Source: an uncultured bacterium (GTDB taxonomy: Bacteria > Verrucomicrobiota > Kiritimatiellia > RFP12 > UBA1067). Taken from it: a stretch of 64,000 nucleotides of DNA. Positions 29,656 through 38,470 of the stretch are shown here, in pieces. Made by a program: the position numbers and the translations under genes. Below the pieces are notes generated by a model, which saw only the letters and a program-made list of their open reading frames with translations, made no database searches and was not told where the DNA came from. Position 1 is the first letter of the stretch. Each line of letters begins with the position of its first letter. The stretch covers positions 10,149 through 74,148 of the forward strand of contig CACZDG010000001.1 in the NCBI GenBank assembly GCA_902779865.1. The letters are read 5' to 3'.

Positions 29656-30207
29656 ATGAAACAGGTACTCGTTCCTCTTGCGGACGGTTTCGAGGATATC
29701 GAAGCTGTCTCCATCATCGACGTCCTCCGCCGGGGCGGCGTCGAGGTGGTCACTGCATCCCTCGCGGACGGCCTCTCCGTCCATTCCGCGCATGGCATCC
29801 AGATGGTTGCCGACGCGCGTCTTGCCGACGTGCTCGAAAACGAATACGACGCCATTATACTACCTGGCGGCGGAGAAGGCACGAAGAATCTTTCAGAATG
29901 TGAACCGCTCCTGGAGCGGCTTCGCCGCCAGAAGGCGGAGGGAGGCCTTGTCTGCGCCATCTGCGCAGCGCCCACGGTGCTGGAGCTGGCGGAGGTCATC
30001 GAGGACGAATCGGTCACGTGCTATCCGTCCTGTTCGCCGCAGATGGGGCGTCCCGTCGAGAACGTCCCCGTGATAGCCGACGGACAGATCATCACGGGGC
30101 AGGGGCCGGGTGCGGCGATGCTCTTCGCGCTCGTGGTGCTCACGCACCTGATGGGCGAGAGGACCGCGCACGGCGTCGCCAACGGGATGATCACGGGGAT
30201 CGCGTGA
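29656..30207 (+). CDS. DJ-1/PfpI family protein (ThiJ/YajL-like)
   Basis: [28 protein letters not shown]...ILPGG...[11 protein letters not shown] with a nucleophile-elbow Cys. TATACT at 29643-29648 lies 7 nt before the ATG (leaderless). Confidence 0.8.
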   Translation: MKQVLVPLADGFEDIEAVSIIDVLRRGGVEVVTASLADGLSVHSAHGIQMVADARLADVLENEYDAIILPGGGEGTKNLSECEPLLERLRRQKAEGGLVCAICAAPTVLELAEVIEDESVTCYPSCSPQMGRPVENVPVIADGQIITGQGPGAAMLFALVVLTHLMGERTAHGVANGMITGIA

Positions 30208-31361
30208 TGGGCAGGGCGGTCAAGACGGCCGCGGCTCTGCTGTTCGTCGCCGCGATAGTCGCCGGCGGGGTGTGGCTGTGGACGAAGCGTCCGTGGCGCA
30301 TCGTCGCTTCCGTGAACGGCACGGCCATGACCGCCCGCGAGCTGGATATGCGAGTCCAGTCGCTTGGCGGCGACCGGCGTGTGTTGGTCAAGGCGTGGAT
30401 CGTGAAGGAGCTTCTTCTCGGCGAGGCCGTGCAACGCGGCGTACCGACGGCGCAGGGCGACGAGCAGGAGGCGATGGCGCTGGTTACGGCGTGGCTTGCG
30501 TCACGTAAGACCACGCCCGAGCGTTTCTTCGCGGAGGGTCCGCTGCCGGAGGCGTCCAAGATGCAGGACTTCAAGGAGGGCGTGCTCATCAACAACTTCG
30601 TTAAGGGCGAGTTGGGAACGCGCGGATTCGGCGACCTCGTGAAGGAGCTTTACGGAAAGGCCGTCGTGAAATGCCCCGAATTCCCGGAGTTTGAAAAGTT
30701 TGGTGGCGGCGCAGCGCCGCTGTACGTGGGGCTTTGGGGATGGGACCCGATGCGCGTGGCGGCGTCGGTGGACGGAAACCTGCTGACGTCGGCGGAGCTC
30801 GATCTCCGCTCGCTTACGCTGCTTGACGATGTCCGCCGGATGGGGCGCAACGTGCCGAAGGAACGCGAATACGAGACGTTGCGCCACTACCGTCGCGAGG
30901 CCGTGAAGCAGTGGTTCCTCAAGCAGGTGCTCCGCGCCGAGGCGGAGCGCAATGGTTTCGCCGTCACCCAGGCGGATGAAAAGGAGGCGCTTGCAAAGGC
31001 CGTTGCGCCGCTCAAGAAGCACAACCTCACGGTGACGCAGTTCTTCGAGGAAGGGCCTCTGCCGGAGTCCGTGAAGTGGGCTGACTTCCGTGCGTCGATT
31101 CTCGTCAACAAGTTCACGAAGCGCGAAGTCGGCGACAGGATAAACGTCTCCACGCGGGAGATCGAGGCGAAGATGTCCGAGACGGGGATGAACCGCAAGG
31201 CCGCCATTGACAAGCTCCGCAACGATCGTTTCGTCAGGGGATACAGGGAGTTGTTCCGGTCGCTGTTCGTCAAGGCGCGCGTGTCGTGTCCGGAGTTCCC
31301 GGAGATGGAGAACTTGGATTCCGTGTCGCCGCCGAGACCGGATGGAAAGGAGTGGAAATGA
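30207..31361 (+). CDS. hypothetical periplasmic/membrane-anchored protein with internal duplication (possible SurA/PpiD-like chaperone N-domain)
   Basis: N-terminal TM. Two homologous ~150-aa halves: FFAEGPLPEASKMQDFKEGVLINNFVKGELG...VKCPEFPEFEKF and FFEEGPLPESVKWADFRASILVNKFTKREVG...VSCPEFPEMENL. TGATG coupling with the DJ-1 gene. Confidence 0.4.
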   Translation: MGRAVKTAAALLFVAAIVAGGVWLWTKRPWRIVASVNGTAMTARELDMRVQSLGGDRRVLVKAWIVKELLLGEAVQRGVPTAQGDEQEAMALVTAWLASRKTTPERFFAEGPLPEASKMQDFKEGVLINNFVKGELGTRGFGDLVKELYGKAVVKCPEFPEFEKFGGGAAPLYVGLWGWDPMRVAASVDGNLLTSAELDLRSLTLLDDVRRMGRNVPKEREYETLRHYRREAVKQWFLKQVLRAEAERNGFAVTQADEKEALAKAVAPLKKHNLTVTQFFEEGPLPESVKWADFRASILVNKFTKREVGDRINVSTREIEAKMSETGMNRKAAIDKLRNDRFVRGYRELFRSLFVKARVSCPEFPEMENLDSVSPPRPDGKEWK

Positions 31362-32251
31362 CGCGCCGGAAAAAACTAATAGTTGTTTTCGCAGTCGTGG
31401 CCGCCGCCGTCGTTGCGAGTTTGCTTGTGGCGTGGATCATGCACGTCCGCGCCGAGAAGATGGCGGAGGCCGAGCGCGAGGCTCTTTACCGGAAGTTCGA
31501 GATATCCGCTTCTGGGAAAAAGCGCTTCGTGCCGATGCCGCCGATACTCGCCCACCACAGCCCGCGCGCGATGCTGGGACGGCAGCTGTTCAATGACCGC
31601 CGCCTTGCGTGTTCGCAGCGGCTCGTTTGCGGCGCGTGCCATTGGCTTGGAGCGGGTGGCACCGATTCGCGGATACACCACGCAAAGATTACCCGGCCCG
31701 TACACAACGCCGTTTTCGCGACGTGCTACATGCACGACGGCGGAATCTCGAACCTGCACGACGTGGTGCGCACGATGATCGTGACGCCGTATTTCTGCGG
31801 TGGGAACTCTTTGGATGTGGTGCTGTCACGGCTGTCGGCTGACGCTCCGCTTGTCAAGCGCTTTGAATCCGCATACGAAGACGAAGGAGGCTTGAACGGT
31901 ACGAACGTGGTGGACTCCGTCGTTGAGTACATGAAAACGCTGATTACGTCTGGGACTCCGTACGATTTCTGGTGCGCAGGGCACGAGGACAGTATTACGG
32001 CGGAAGCGCGTCGCGGGAGCGAGGTGTTCCTTTCCGCGCGCTGCATGGACTGTCACGACGGCCCCGCACTTGGCGCACGGAAGGTTTCAAATGGGCGCAA
32101 GGTGCCGGCGCTGCGCGGGCTCAGTCTGCGCAAGGCTTACCTTTCGGACGGAAGCGTGAAGAAACTGGAGTCGGTTGTGCCTCTCATGCCGGGTGGCGAT
32201 TTGCCGCAGGAGGAGCTTGCGCCTTTGCTTGCCTTTCTTGGGGTATTGTGA
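31358..32251 (+). CDS. di-haem cytochrome c peroxidase family protein (CCP/MauG-like)
   Basis: Two CXXCH motifs (VCGACHW and ARCMDCHDG) about 130 aa apart. N-terminal TM anchor. ATGA coupling with the upstream gene. Confidence 0.65.
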   Translation: MTRRKKLIVVFAVVAAAVVASLLVAWIMHVRAEKMAEAEREALYRKFEISASGKKRFVPMPPILAHHSPRAMLGRQLFNDRRLACSQRLVCGACHWLGAGGTDSRIHHAKITRPVHNAVFATCYMHDGGISNLHDVVRTMIVTPYFCGGNSLDVVLSRLSADAPLVKRFESAYEDEGGLNGTNVVDSVVEYMKTLITSGTPYDFWCAGHEDSITAEARRGSEVFLSARCMDCHDGPALGARKVSNGRKVPALRGLSLRKAYLSDGSVKKLESVVPLMPGGDLPQEELAPLLAFLGVL

Positions 32252-32272
32252 AGAATGGAGTCAGGGGAAACG

Positions 32273-35200
32273 ATGCAAAGGATATTGTTGCTTGGAGCGG
32301 CGTTCGCCGTCGGTGTGCTTGTCGCAGCCGATGTGGTCACCTACGAGGAGTTCGGCGCGGTGGGCGACGGCAAGACGGATGACCAGATGGCCATCGTAGC
32401 GGCGCACGAGGCGGCGAACGCGAAGGGTCTGCCCGTACGCGCGTGCGACGGCAAGACGTACTACATCGGAGGCGGCGCGAAGGTGGCCGTCATCAAGACG
32501 GACGTCGATTTCGGCACGGCGAAGTTCGTGATCGACGACCGCAGTCTTGACAATCTCAAGGCGCCGGTGTTCCGCGTTGATCCTTCGTCGCGTTCGTTTG
32601 AGGTGAAGGGCGTCAAGACACTCGCGCGCGGACAGGCAAAACTCAACGTGCCTCTGCCCGGTACCTGTCTCGTGGAGGCCGTAAACGGCAACGTGCGCCA
32701 GTACATCCGCTACGGACTCAACCAGAACAATGGCACTCCGCAGAAGGAGATGTTCCTCGCAGCGTCGGACGGAACCGTTGATCCCGCCACGCCGATTGTC
32801 TGGGACTACGCGGAGGTTACGCGCCTCACGGCGCATCCCGTTGATGCGAAGACGCTCACGATCAAGGGCGGCGCCTTCACCACCATCGCCAACCAGGCGG
32901 AGTCGAAGTACAGCTACCACGCGCGCGGATTCGCCGTCAGACGGTCGAACGTGCGCATCGAGGGACTTCGCCACTACGTGACTGGCGAGGGCGACCACGG
33001 CGCGCCGTACGGGGGATTCGTCGCCGTGTCGTACTGTGCGAACGTCATGGTCTCAAATTGCGTCTTCACCGCGCACAAGACCTACCGCACGATCGGCTCC
33101 GCCGGCAAGCCCGTGAGCATGGGGTCGTATGACATCTGCGTCAACAACTCGGTCAACGTCTCCTTCGTCAACTGCCGCCAGACGACCGACATCACCGACG
33201 GAAGCTACTGGGGCCTCTTCGGATCGAACTATTGCAAGAACCTCCTCTACGACGGCTGCATGTTCTCGCGTTTCGACGCGCACATGGGCGTGGTGAACGC
33301 GACCATCCGCAACTCGAAGCTCGGACAACAGGGCATCAACGCCATAGGCTTCGGCACGTTCCTCGTGGAGAACACCACTGTGCGCAGCCGTTCGTTTTTC
33401 AATCTGCGCAGCGACTACGGCAGCACCTGGAGGGGTGACTTCATCGTGCGCAACTGCACGTTCGTGCCGAGTGGCGGTAAAAAGGCCGCCAGCGCGCTCG
33501 TTCACGGCATCAGCACTGACTGGCACGACTTCGGCTACGAATGCTACATGCCGCGTCGGATTGTGTTCGACGGCCTCAAGATCGACGACTCCAGGCATCC
33601 CGAGAAGTACGACGGGCCGTATGTGTTTTCGATGTTCAACCCGAAGAACACGAGCGCAGACTACGTGGAGAAGCATCCCTACCACGTCACGGAGGAGGTC
33701 GTGCTCCGCAATGTGACAACAGCGAGCGGCAAACCCGTGCGCCTTAGTCCCAACAAATGGATGTTCCGAAACGTGAAGGTGGTGAAGGGCGGCGTACAGC
33801 GCGAACGTCTCTCGGAGGGATGGGAGTTCATGCGCGCGGACGGTTCCGCGAGCGAGACGAACTCCGCCGCGTGGCGTGCGGTGCGTGTGCCGCATGATTG
33901 GGGCGTGGAGAAATCGTTCGACCCCGCGAAGCCTTACGGCGACGCCTACCTCGAGCCGACCGGCATCGGCTGGTATCGGCGTACGTTCCGTCTCGACCCC
34001 GCGCGCGCGGCGTTCATCAAGGCGGGCGGTCTCCTCTTCTTCGAGTCGAACGGCATGATGAGCCATTCGAAGGTGTGGGTGAACGGCAGGCATGTGGGTG
34101 GCTGGCCTTACGGTTACACTGCCTTTCGTTGCGACCTCACGCCGCACCTGAATCTCGATGGCGAGAACACGCTCGTCGTGCGATGCCACAACCACACCGA
34201 CTCCTCGCGCTGGTACACGGGCGGCGGCATGTACCGCGAGTGCCGGTTCGCGTTTTGTCCGGCGGATTACCTCATTCCCGGCTCTGTCGCAATCACCACG
34301 CCGGAGGTCACGAAGCAAAAGACTACTGTCCACGTTGAGTGGGAGATGTCGAAGTCCGGCAAGAAGGAACGCACGTTCACGGTGGAGTCGCCGCGTTTCT
34401 GGGATATCGACGATCCGCATCTTTATACGCTCGACATCGAGGGCGAGACGTTCCGCTACGGTATCCGCACGATTGCGTTCTATCCCGACGCGCGCGGATT
34501 CCAGCTGAACGGACGCCGCGTGGAGCTGAAGGGCGTGTGCATCCACCACGACCTCGGCGTGCTGGGTGCGGCATATAACCGCGCCGCGATGAAGCGTCGC
34601 TTCCTGAAACTCAAGGAAGCCGGCGTGAACGCCATCCGCTGTTCGCACAACCCGGAGGATCCCGACTTCCTCGACCTCTGCGACGAGCTCGGTCTGCTCG
34701 TGAAGGACGAGGTGTTCGACGAATGGCGGCGCATTGGAGCCTCGGGCAAGCGGAAGGACGGCTACTCTAAGCTCTTCGACAAGTGGCACGAACGCGACGT
34801 ACGCGCGTGGGTGCGCGCCGACCGCAACCATCCGTCCGTCATTATGTGGTCGATCGGCAACGAAATCCCCGAAGGACATCCCCGCATCGCGCCCACGAGC
34901 GAGTTCATCCGTCTCGCGAAGATGCTCGATGCGATCGTGAAGAGCGAGGACAAGACGCGTCCCACCACGAACGCTAACAACGAGCGTGCCAACGCGACGA
35001 ACGAATACGGACAGACGCTCGACATCTACGGCTTCAACTACTCCTGTTACATGTTCGGTCCGTTCAAGAAGAAGAACCCGAACAAGCCGTTCTTTGGGTC
35101 CGAGACGCAGTGCGCGATTGCGAGCCGCGGCGCGTACACCTTCCCCGTCACATGGGGCTGGACGCAGCAGAAGACGGGTGCGCTCCACGTCTCCGGCTAC

Positions 35201-36043
35201 GGCGTGGAGGCGTGCGGCTGGTCGGGCGATTCCAAGAAGGGCTGGGCTTGTGCGCCCGACGCGCAGTGGTTCAACATGGATGCGCATCCCGAATGCATGG
35301 GCGAGTTCGTGTGGACGGGCTGGGATTACCTCGGGGGACCCTACTGGGCCGATTCGATGGTGAAGAAGTTCAAGATCAAGGGTATCCATTCTTGCGCAAC
35401 TGGTTTCATCGACCTTGCCGGTTTTCCAAAGGACACGTTCTGGCTCTTCCAGTCGCGGTGGCGTCCCGACCTGCCGATGGCGCACATCGTGCCGCACTGG
35501 AACTGGCCCGACCGCGTGGGCAAGGTGACGCCCGTCCACGTATTCACGTCCGGCGACGAGGGCGAACTGTTCCTCAACGGACGTTCGCTTGGTCGTCAGA
35601 AGAAGGATCCCAAGAACTGGAAGAAGGCGTATCGCCTCACATGGGATGATGTCGTGTACGAACCCGGCACGCTCAAGGTCGTCACATACAAGAACGGCGC
35701 GCCGTGGGCGGAGGCGACCGTTGCAACCACTGGACCCGCTGCGCAGCTAAAGCTGGAGGTCGAGGACAACGCGGAGGCAGATGCCGACCTCGTGTTCGTG
35801 AACCTCGAAGTGCGGGACGCAGAAGGGCGCTTCGTGCCAAACGCGGCGGTGGACGTGACCTTCTCCGTGAATGGACCTTGCGAACTCGTCGCGACCGACA
35901 ACGGCGACGAGGCCGACTTTACGTCGTTCCATTCGCCCACGCGCCGCACCTTCTCCGGACGCCTCCAGGCAATCGTGCGCAAAACTCCCGGCGCGTCAGG
36001 GACGATAGAGGTCACGGCATCCTCACCTGGACTGCCCTATTGA
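32273..36043 (+). CDS. secreted multi-domain protein: pectate-lyase-like right-handed beta-helix + GH2 beta-galactosidase-like module
   Basis: N-terminal FGAVGDGKTDDQMAI motif of pectate-lyase-superfamily/GH55-type beta-helix. Then GH2 sugar-binding domain (WEFMRADGS...VWVNGRHVGGWPYGYTAFRCD) and GH2 TIM barrel (NAIRCSHNPEDPDFLDLCDELGLLV). C-terminal beta-sandwich domains. Confidence 0.65.
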   Translation: MQRILLLGAAFAVGVLVAADVVTYEEFGAVGDGKTDDQMAIVAAHEAANAKGLPVRACDGKTYYIGGGAKVAVIKTDVDFGTAKFVIDDRSLDNLKAPVFRVDPSSRSFEVKGVKTLARGQAKLNVPLPGTCLVEAVNGNVRQYIRYGLNQNNGTPQKEMFLAASDGTVDPATPIVWDYAEVTRLTAHPVDAKTLTIKGGAFTTIANQAESKYSYHARGFAVRRSNVRIEGLRHYVTGEGDHGAPYGGFVAVSYCANVMVSNCVFTAHKTYRTIGSAGKPVSMGSYDICVNNSVNVSFVNCRQTTDITDGSYWGLFGSNYCKNLLYDGCMFSRFDAHMGVVNATIRNSKLGQQGINAIGFGTFLVENTTVRSRSFFNLRSDYGSTWRGDFIVRNCTFVPSGGKKAASALVHGISTDWHDFGYECYMPRRIVFDGLKIDDSRHPEKYDGPYVFSMFNPKNTSADYVEKHPYHVTEEVVLRNVTTASGKPVRLSPNKWMFRNVKVVKGGVQRERLSEGWEFMRADGSASETNSAAWRAVRVPHDWGVEKSFDPAKPYGDAYLEPTGIGWYRRTFRLDPARAAFIKAGGLLFFESNGMMSHSKVWVNGRHVGGWPYGYTAFRCDLTPHLNLDGENTLVVRCHNHTDSSRWYTGGGMYRECRFAFCPADYLIPGSVAITTPEVTKQKTTVHVEWEMSKSGKKERTFTVESPRFWDIDDPHLYTLDIEGETFRYGIRTIAFYPDARGFQLNGRRVELKGVCIHHDLGVLGAAYNRAAMKRRFLKLKEAGVNAIRCSHNPEDPDFLDLCDELGLLVKDEVFDEWRRIGASGKRKDGYSKLFDKWHERDVRAWVRADRNHPSVIMWSIGNEIPEGHPRIAPTSEFIRLAKMLDAIVKSEDKTRPTTNANNERANATNEYGQTLDIYGFNYSCYMFGPFKKKNPNKPFFGSETQCAIASRGAYTFPVTWGWTQQKTGALHVSGYGVEACGWSGDSKKGWACAPDAQWFNMDAHPECMGEFVWTGWDYLGGPYWADSMVKKFKIKGIHSCATGFIDLAGFPKDTFWLFQSRWRPDLPMAHIVPHWNWPDRVGKVTPVHVFTSGDEGELFLNGRSLGRQKKDPKNWKKAYRLTWDDVVYEPGTLKVVTYKNGAPWAEATVATTGPAAQLKLEVEDNAEADADLVFVNLEVRDAEGRFVPNAAVDVTFSVNGPCELVATDNGDEADFTSFHSPTRRTFSGRLQAIVRKTPGASGTIEVTASSPGLPY

Positions 36044-38391
36044 TCCATCAGATCGGCCATGGCGTCGCGCCAGCGGTAAACTGCGGCAGGATCGCCCGTG
36101 TAGTTCCGCATCGTGTCCATCACGTCATGCGGTACCGCGAGGAGTTCGCGCGCGCGTTTCGCCCAGGCGTCGTTTTGGTCGGCGTGTGACTTGAGCTTCT
36201 TTTCGAGAAGGAGCGCGTAGGCGTAGTCTTCAAGGCCGTCGCGGAAGTTCTCGAGGCGAATGGTGGGGAGCGGCGTGCCGTCGGGTCCGACGCACGTCCA
36301 CGAGCCGTCACCGTAGTACTTGGTCCAGCTGCGCGGATCCCAGTCCGTGAAGGGTCCCGAGGTGATGCACCGCTTGGAGTTCCAGATGGATATCTGGTAG
36401 TAGAGGAAGCCGTCGGGGCGCTGGCACACGGTCTGCGCGCCCATGAGGAGACGTCCCTCAATGGCGGGACACTCGATGAACATGTTGGCGTGGGGCGCGT
36501 GCGGGCCACAGCAGATGTACCACCACACCTGGTGTCCGGCGGCACGCGACTTCGCGGCTTTCTCCGGGTCGAACTTCGGCGTAAGGGGCGTGAACCAGTC
36601 CATCACGTCGAGCGGCGTGTCCACGCCGAATTCGTGGTCGTATGCCGTGGTGGATACGGGAACGCCCGGCAACGCCTTCTTGATCTCGCCGACAGCCGCG
36701 CGGATGGCGGGGAAGTACTCCTTGTGTACCTCGTCGCACCCGTACACGTATGCGTAATCCTGCACGCCAATCTTCTTCGCGCCTTCGTAGAATTTTTGGA
36801 GACGCGGAATCGTCTTCTCTCGCCACTTCGCCATGTCAACCTCATTCGTGGATTTGGGATACGACCAGTATCCGAGATTGAACCACCCCGATCGTCCTTC
36901 CTCCTTCAACTGCCGGATCGCATCCAGACGGTTGGTGTCGCTATGGTGATAGAGGCTGTCGTAGGGGATGAGGTAGTCCGCGAGGAACGACACCCATTCG
37001 CGCTTGTGCTTCCGCCAGATGTTGATGGGGGTGAGAGGATCCGCCCGCAACGCCGCCGCGTATGCGATGGTTTCCGGAGATTCATGTTGCGTATTCGCGG
37101 ACGGACCGAATGTTACCGCGAGCGGTAGTGCAGAGGTGCGTCCGAGTGTGAAGCCGTTCACGCGCACGGCGAAGGGAACGCGAACCGTCTCGACGCCCTT
37201 TGCGGAGACGAGCAGCGCGCCGCGATAGGTGCCTGCGGGTTGTCCGGCGGGACAGCGGACGCGGATCCAGAAGCTCTGCACGTCCAGGTCCCTGATCGCG
37301 ATGCCGTCGAGAAAGCCGAGGATTGGGTCGGGCCACCAGCCGAGGACGGGCCTACGCGTTGTGCGGACATAGCCCGGAGCGGCGTTCGTGGACACGGCCT
37401 CGCCCACCCTGTACGGCGGCTGGCGCGTCGTCTTGACGTAGCCGGTCACGTCGCACGCGATGTTCGCGGCGGAGAATGAAGCGGTGAGTCCCTTCAGGTC
37501 GCCGTCCACGCGCACGCGCACGTCCTCGAGGTCGGTGCACTTCGGTGCGACGAGCAGCTGCACGCTCTCGTACTCGTTACCGGCAAGGCGCACGGAAAGA
37601 CCTTCCTTTGGCACGGGCCTTGCGGAAAACTTTCCGCGCGGCATGATCTTCTCCATCGACGTCGCCGTGCCGAGGAGCATGGCGGGCGATGCGAGGCCAG
37701 ACGTCTGGCACGCCTCGAAGAAACGCAGGAAGTCGCGTGCGTGCGCCTGCCATTCCTGAAGCTCGACGAGTTTGCGCGTCATCGCGTCGCGTCCGTCGGT
37801 CAGGATGGCGATCAGGTCGCGTCCCACGCACGGGCCGTCCGGAACGGGCAACGGTTCGTCTTTCTTGAGGAGCGTCAGGCGGTCGATGAACACGCGCGCG
37901 TCGCGGGGATTGGAGAGGAACAGATGGACGCGGCAGATGTTGGCCGGATTGCACTTCTTGGGCCACTTGCGGAGCGGGATGACCCACTGGGCGTAACCGC
38001 GCGCCGGAAGGGTGGTTTGGGCGTGGAGCCCGTTCTGGACGCGTCCCTCAGGACTGCTGATGAAGGTGGAAAGCGTGTCGTTGCCATCGCCGACGCTCAC
38101 GAGGTCGATTACGAGGCGGTCGTAGCCGCGCCAGTCATTCACTGACGTGTGCAGGTTGAAGCTCGGCCATTCGTCGAGCCCTTTGCGCCACGGACCGCTC
38201 TTGAAGTAGAGTGCGTGCTGTCCGGACGTGGCGAAGGCGTTCGTCATGCAGATCGTGCGGTCGTGCGCGAACACGCAGGGTGCAGCCTTCTGCTCGTCCT
38301 CCGTCTCAAAATCAAAGAGGACCGTCGCCGCGGCGGCGGTCATGGAAACTCCTGCTCCGAAGAGCCCAAGGAATAGCGCTGTCTTTCTCAT
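36037..38391 (-). CDS. secreted DUF4091-like putative glycoside hydrolase
   Basis: Signal peptide MRKTALFLGLFGAGVSMTAAAA. C-terminal region with WWYICCGPHAP... recalls DUF4091 proteins. Assignment from memory. Confidence 0.45.
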   Translation of the reverse strand: MRKTALFLGLFGAGVSMTAAAATVLFDFETEDEQKAAPCVFAHDRTICMTNAFATSGQHALYFKSGPWRKGLDEWPSFNLHTSVNDWRGYDRLVIDLVSVGDGNDTLSTFISSPEGRVQNGLHAQTTLPARGYAQWVIPLRKWPKKCNPANICRVHLFLSNPRDARVFIDRLTLLKKDEPLPVPDGPCVGRDLIAILTDGRDAMTRKLVELQEWQAHARDFLRFFEACQTSGLASPAMLLGTATSMEKIMPRGKFSARPVPKEGLSVRLAGNEYESVQLLVAPKCTDLEDVRVRVDGDLKGLTASFSAANIACDVTGYVKTTRQPPYRVGEAVSTNAAPGYVRTTRRPVLGWWPDPILGFLDGIAIRDLDVQSFWIRVRCPAGQPAGTYRGALLVSAKGVETVRVPFAVRVNGFTLGRTSALPLAVTFGPSANTQHESPETIAYAAALRADPLTPINIWRKHKREWVSFLADYLIPYDSLYHHSDTNRLDAIRQLKEEGRSGWFNLGYWSYPKSTNEVDMAKWREKTIPRLQKFYEGAKKIGVQDYAYVYGCDEVHKEYFPAIRAAVGEIKKALPGVPVSTTAYDHEFGVDTPLDVMDWFTPLTPKFDPEKAAKSRAAGHQVWWYICCGPHAPHANMFIECPAIEGRLLMGAQTVCQRPDGFLYYQISIWNSKRCITSGPFTDWDPRSWTKYYGDGSWTCVGPDGTPLPTIRLENFRDGLEDYAYALLLEKKLKSHADQNDAWAKRARELLAVPHDVMDTMRNYTGDPAAVYRWRDAMADLMDQ

Positions 38392-38394
38392 GCC

Positions 38395-38467
38395 GAAAGT
38401 ATATCATATTTCTTTCTAAAATGTTTACATTGGACTAGAAACGCGGCTGGAATTATGATATACTTTC
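38395..38467. promoter_or_regulatory. divergent promoter pair built from a perfect 14-bp inverted repeat TATGATATACTTTC; each copy places TATACT 6 nt before the ATG of a divergent gene
   Basis: gaaagtatatcata at 38395-38408 and tatgatatactttc at 38454-38467. ATGs at 38391 (- strand) and 38471 (+ strand). The same 14-mer recurs at 12855-12868 (reverse) upstream of the NifU-like gene. Confidence 0.45.
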
Positions 38468-38470
38468 GCC

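Noticed and set aside
33053-35539. 828-aa minus-strand ORF antisense to the beta-helix/GH2 gene. The same pattern holds for 38453..41062 (-), 45329..47158 (-), 27263..29203 (-), 9667..10518 (-), 23716..24651 (-), 25114..26379 (-), 16842..18041 (-), 59952..61055 (-) and 61263..62597 (-).
   Set aside because: No domains. Extreme R/A/G/H/V bias. Each lies opposite a confidently identified gene. GC-driven absence of stop codons.
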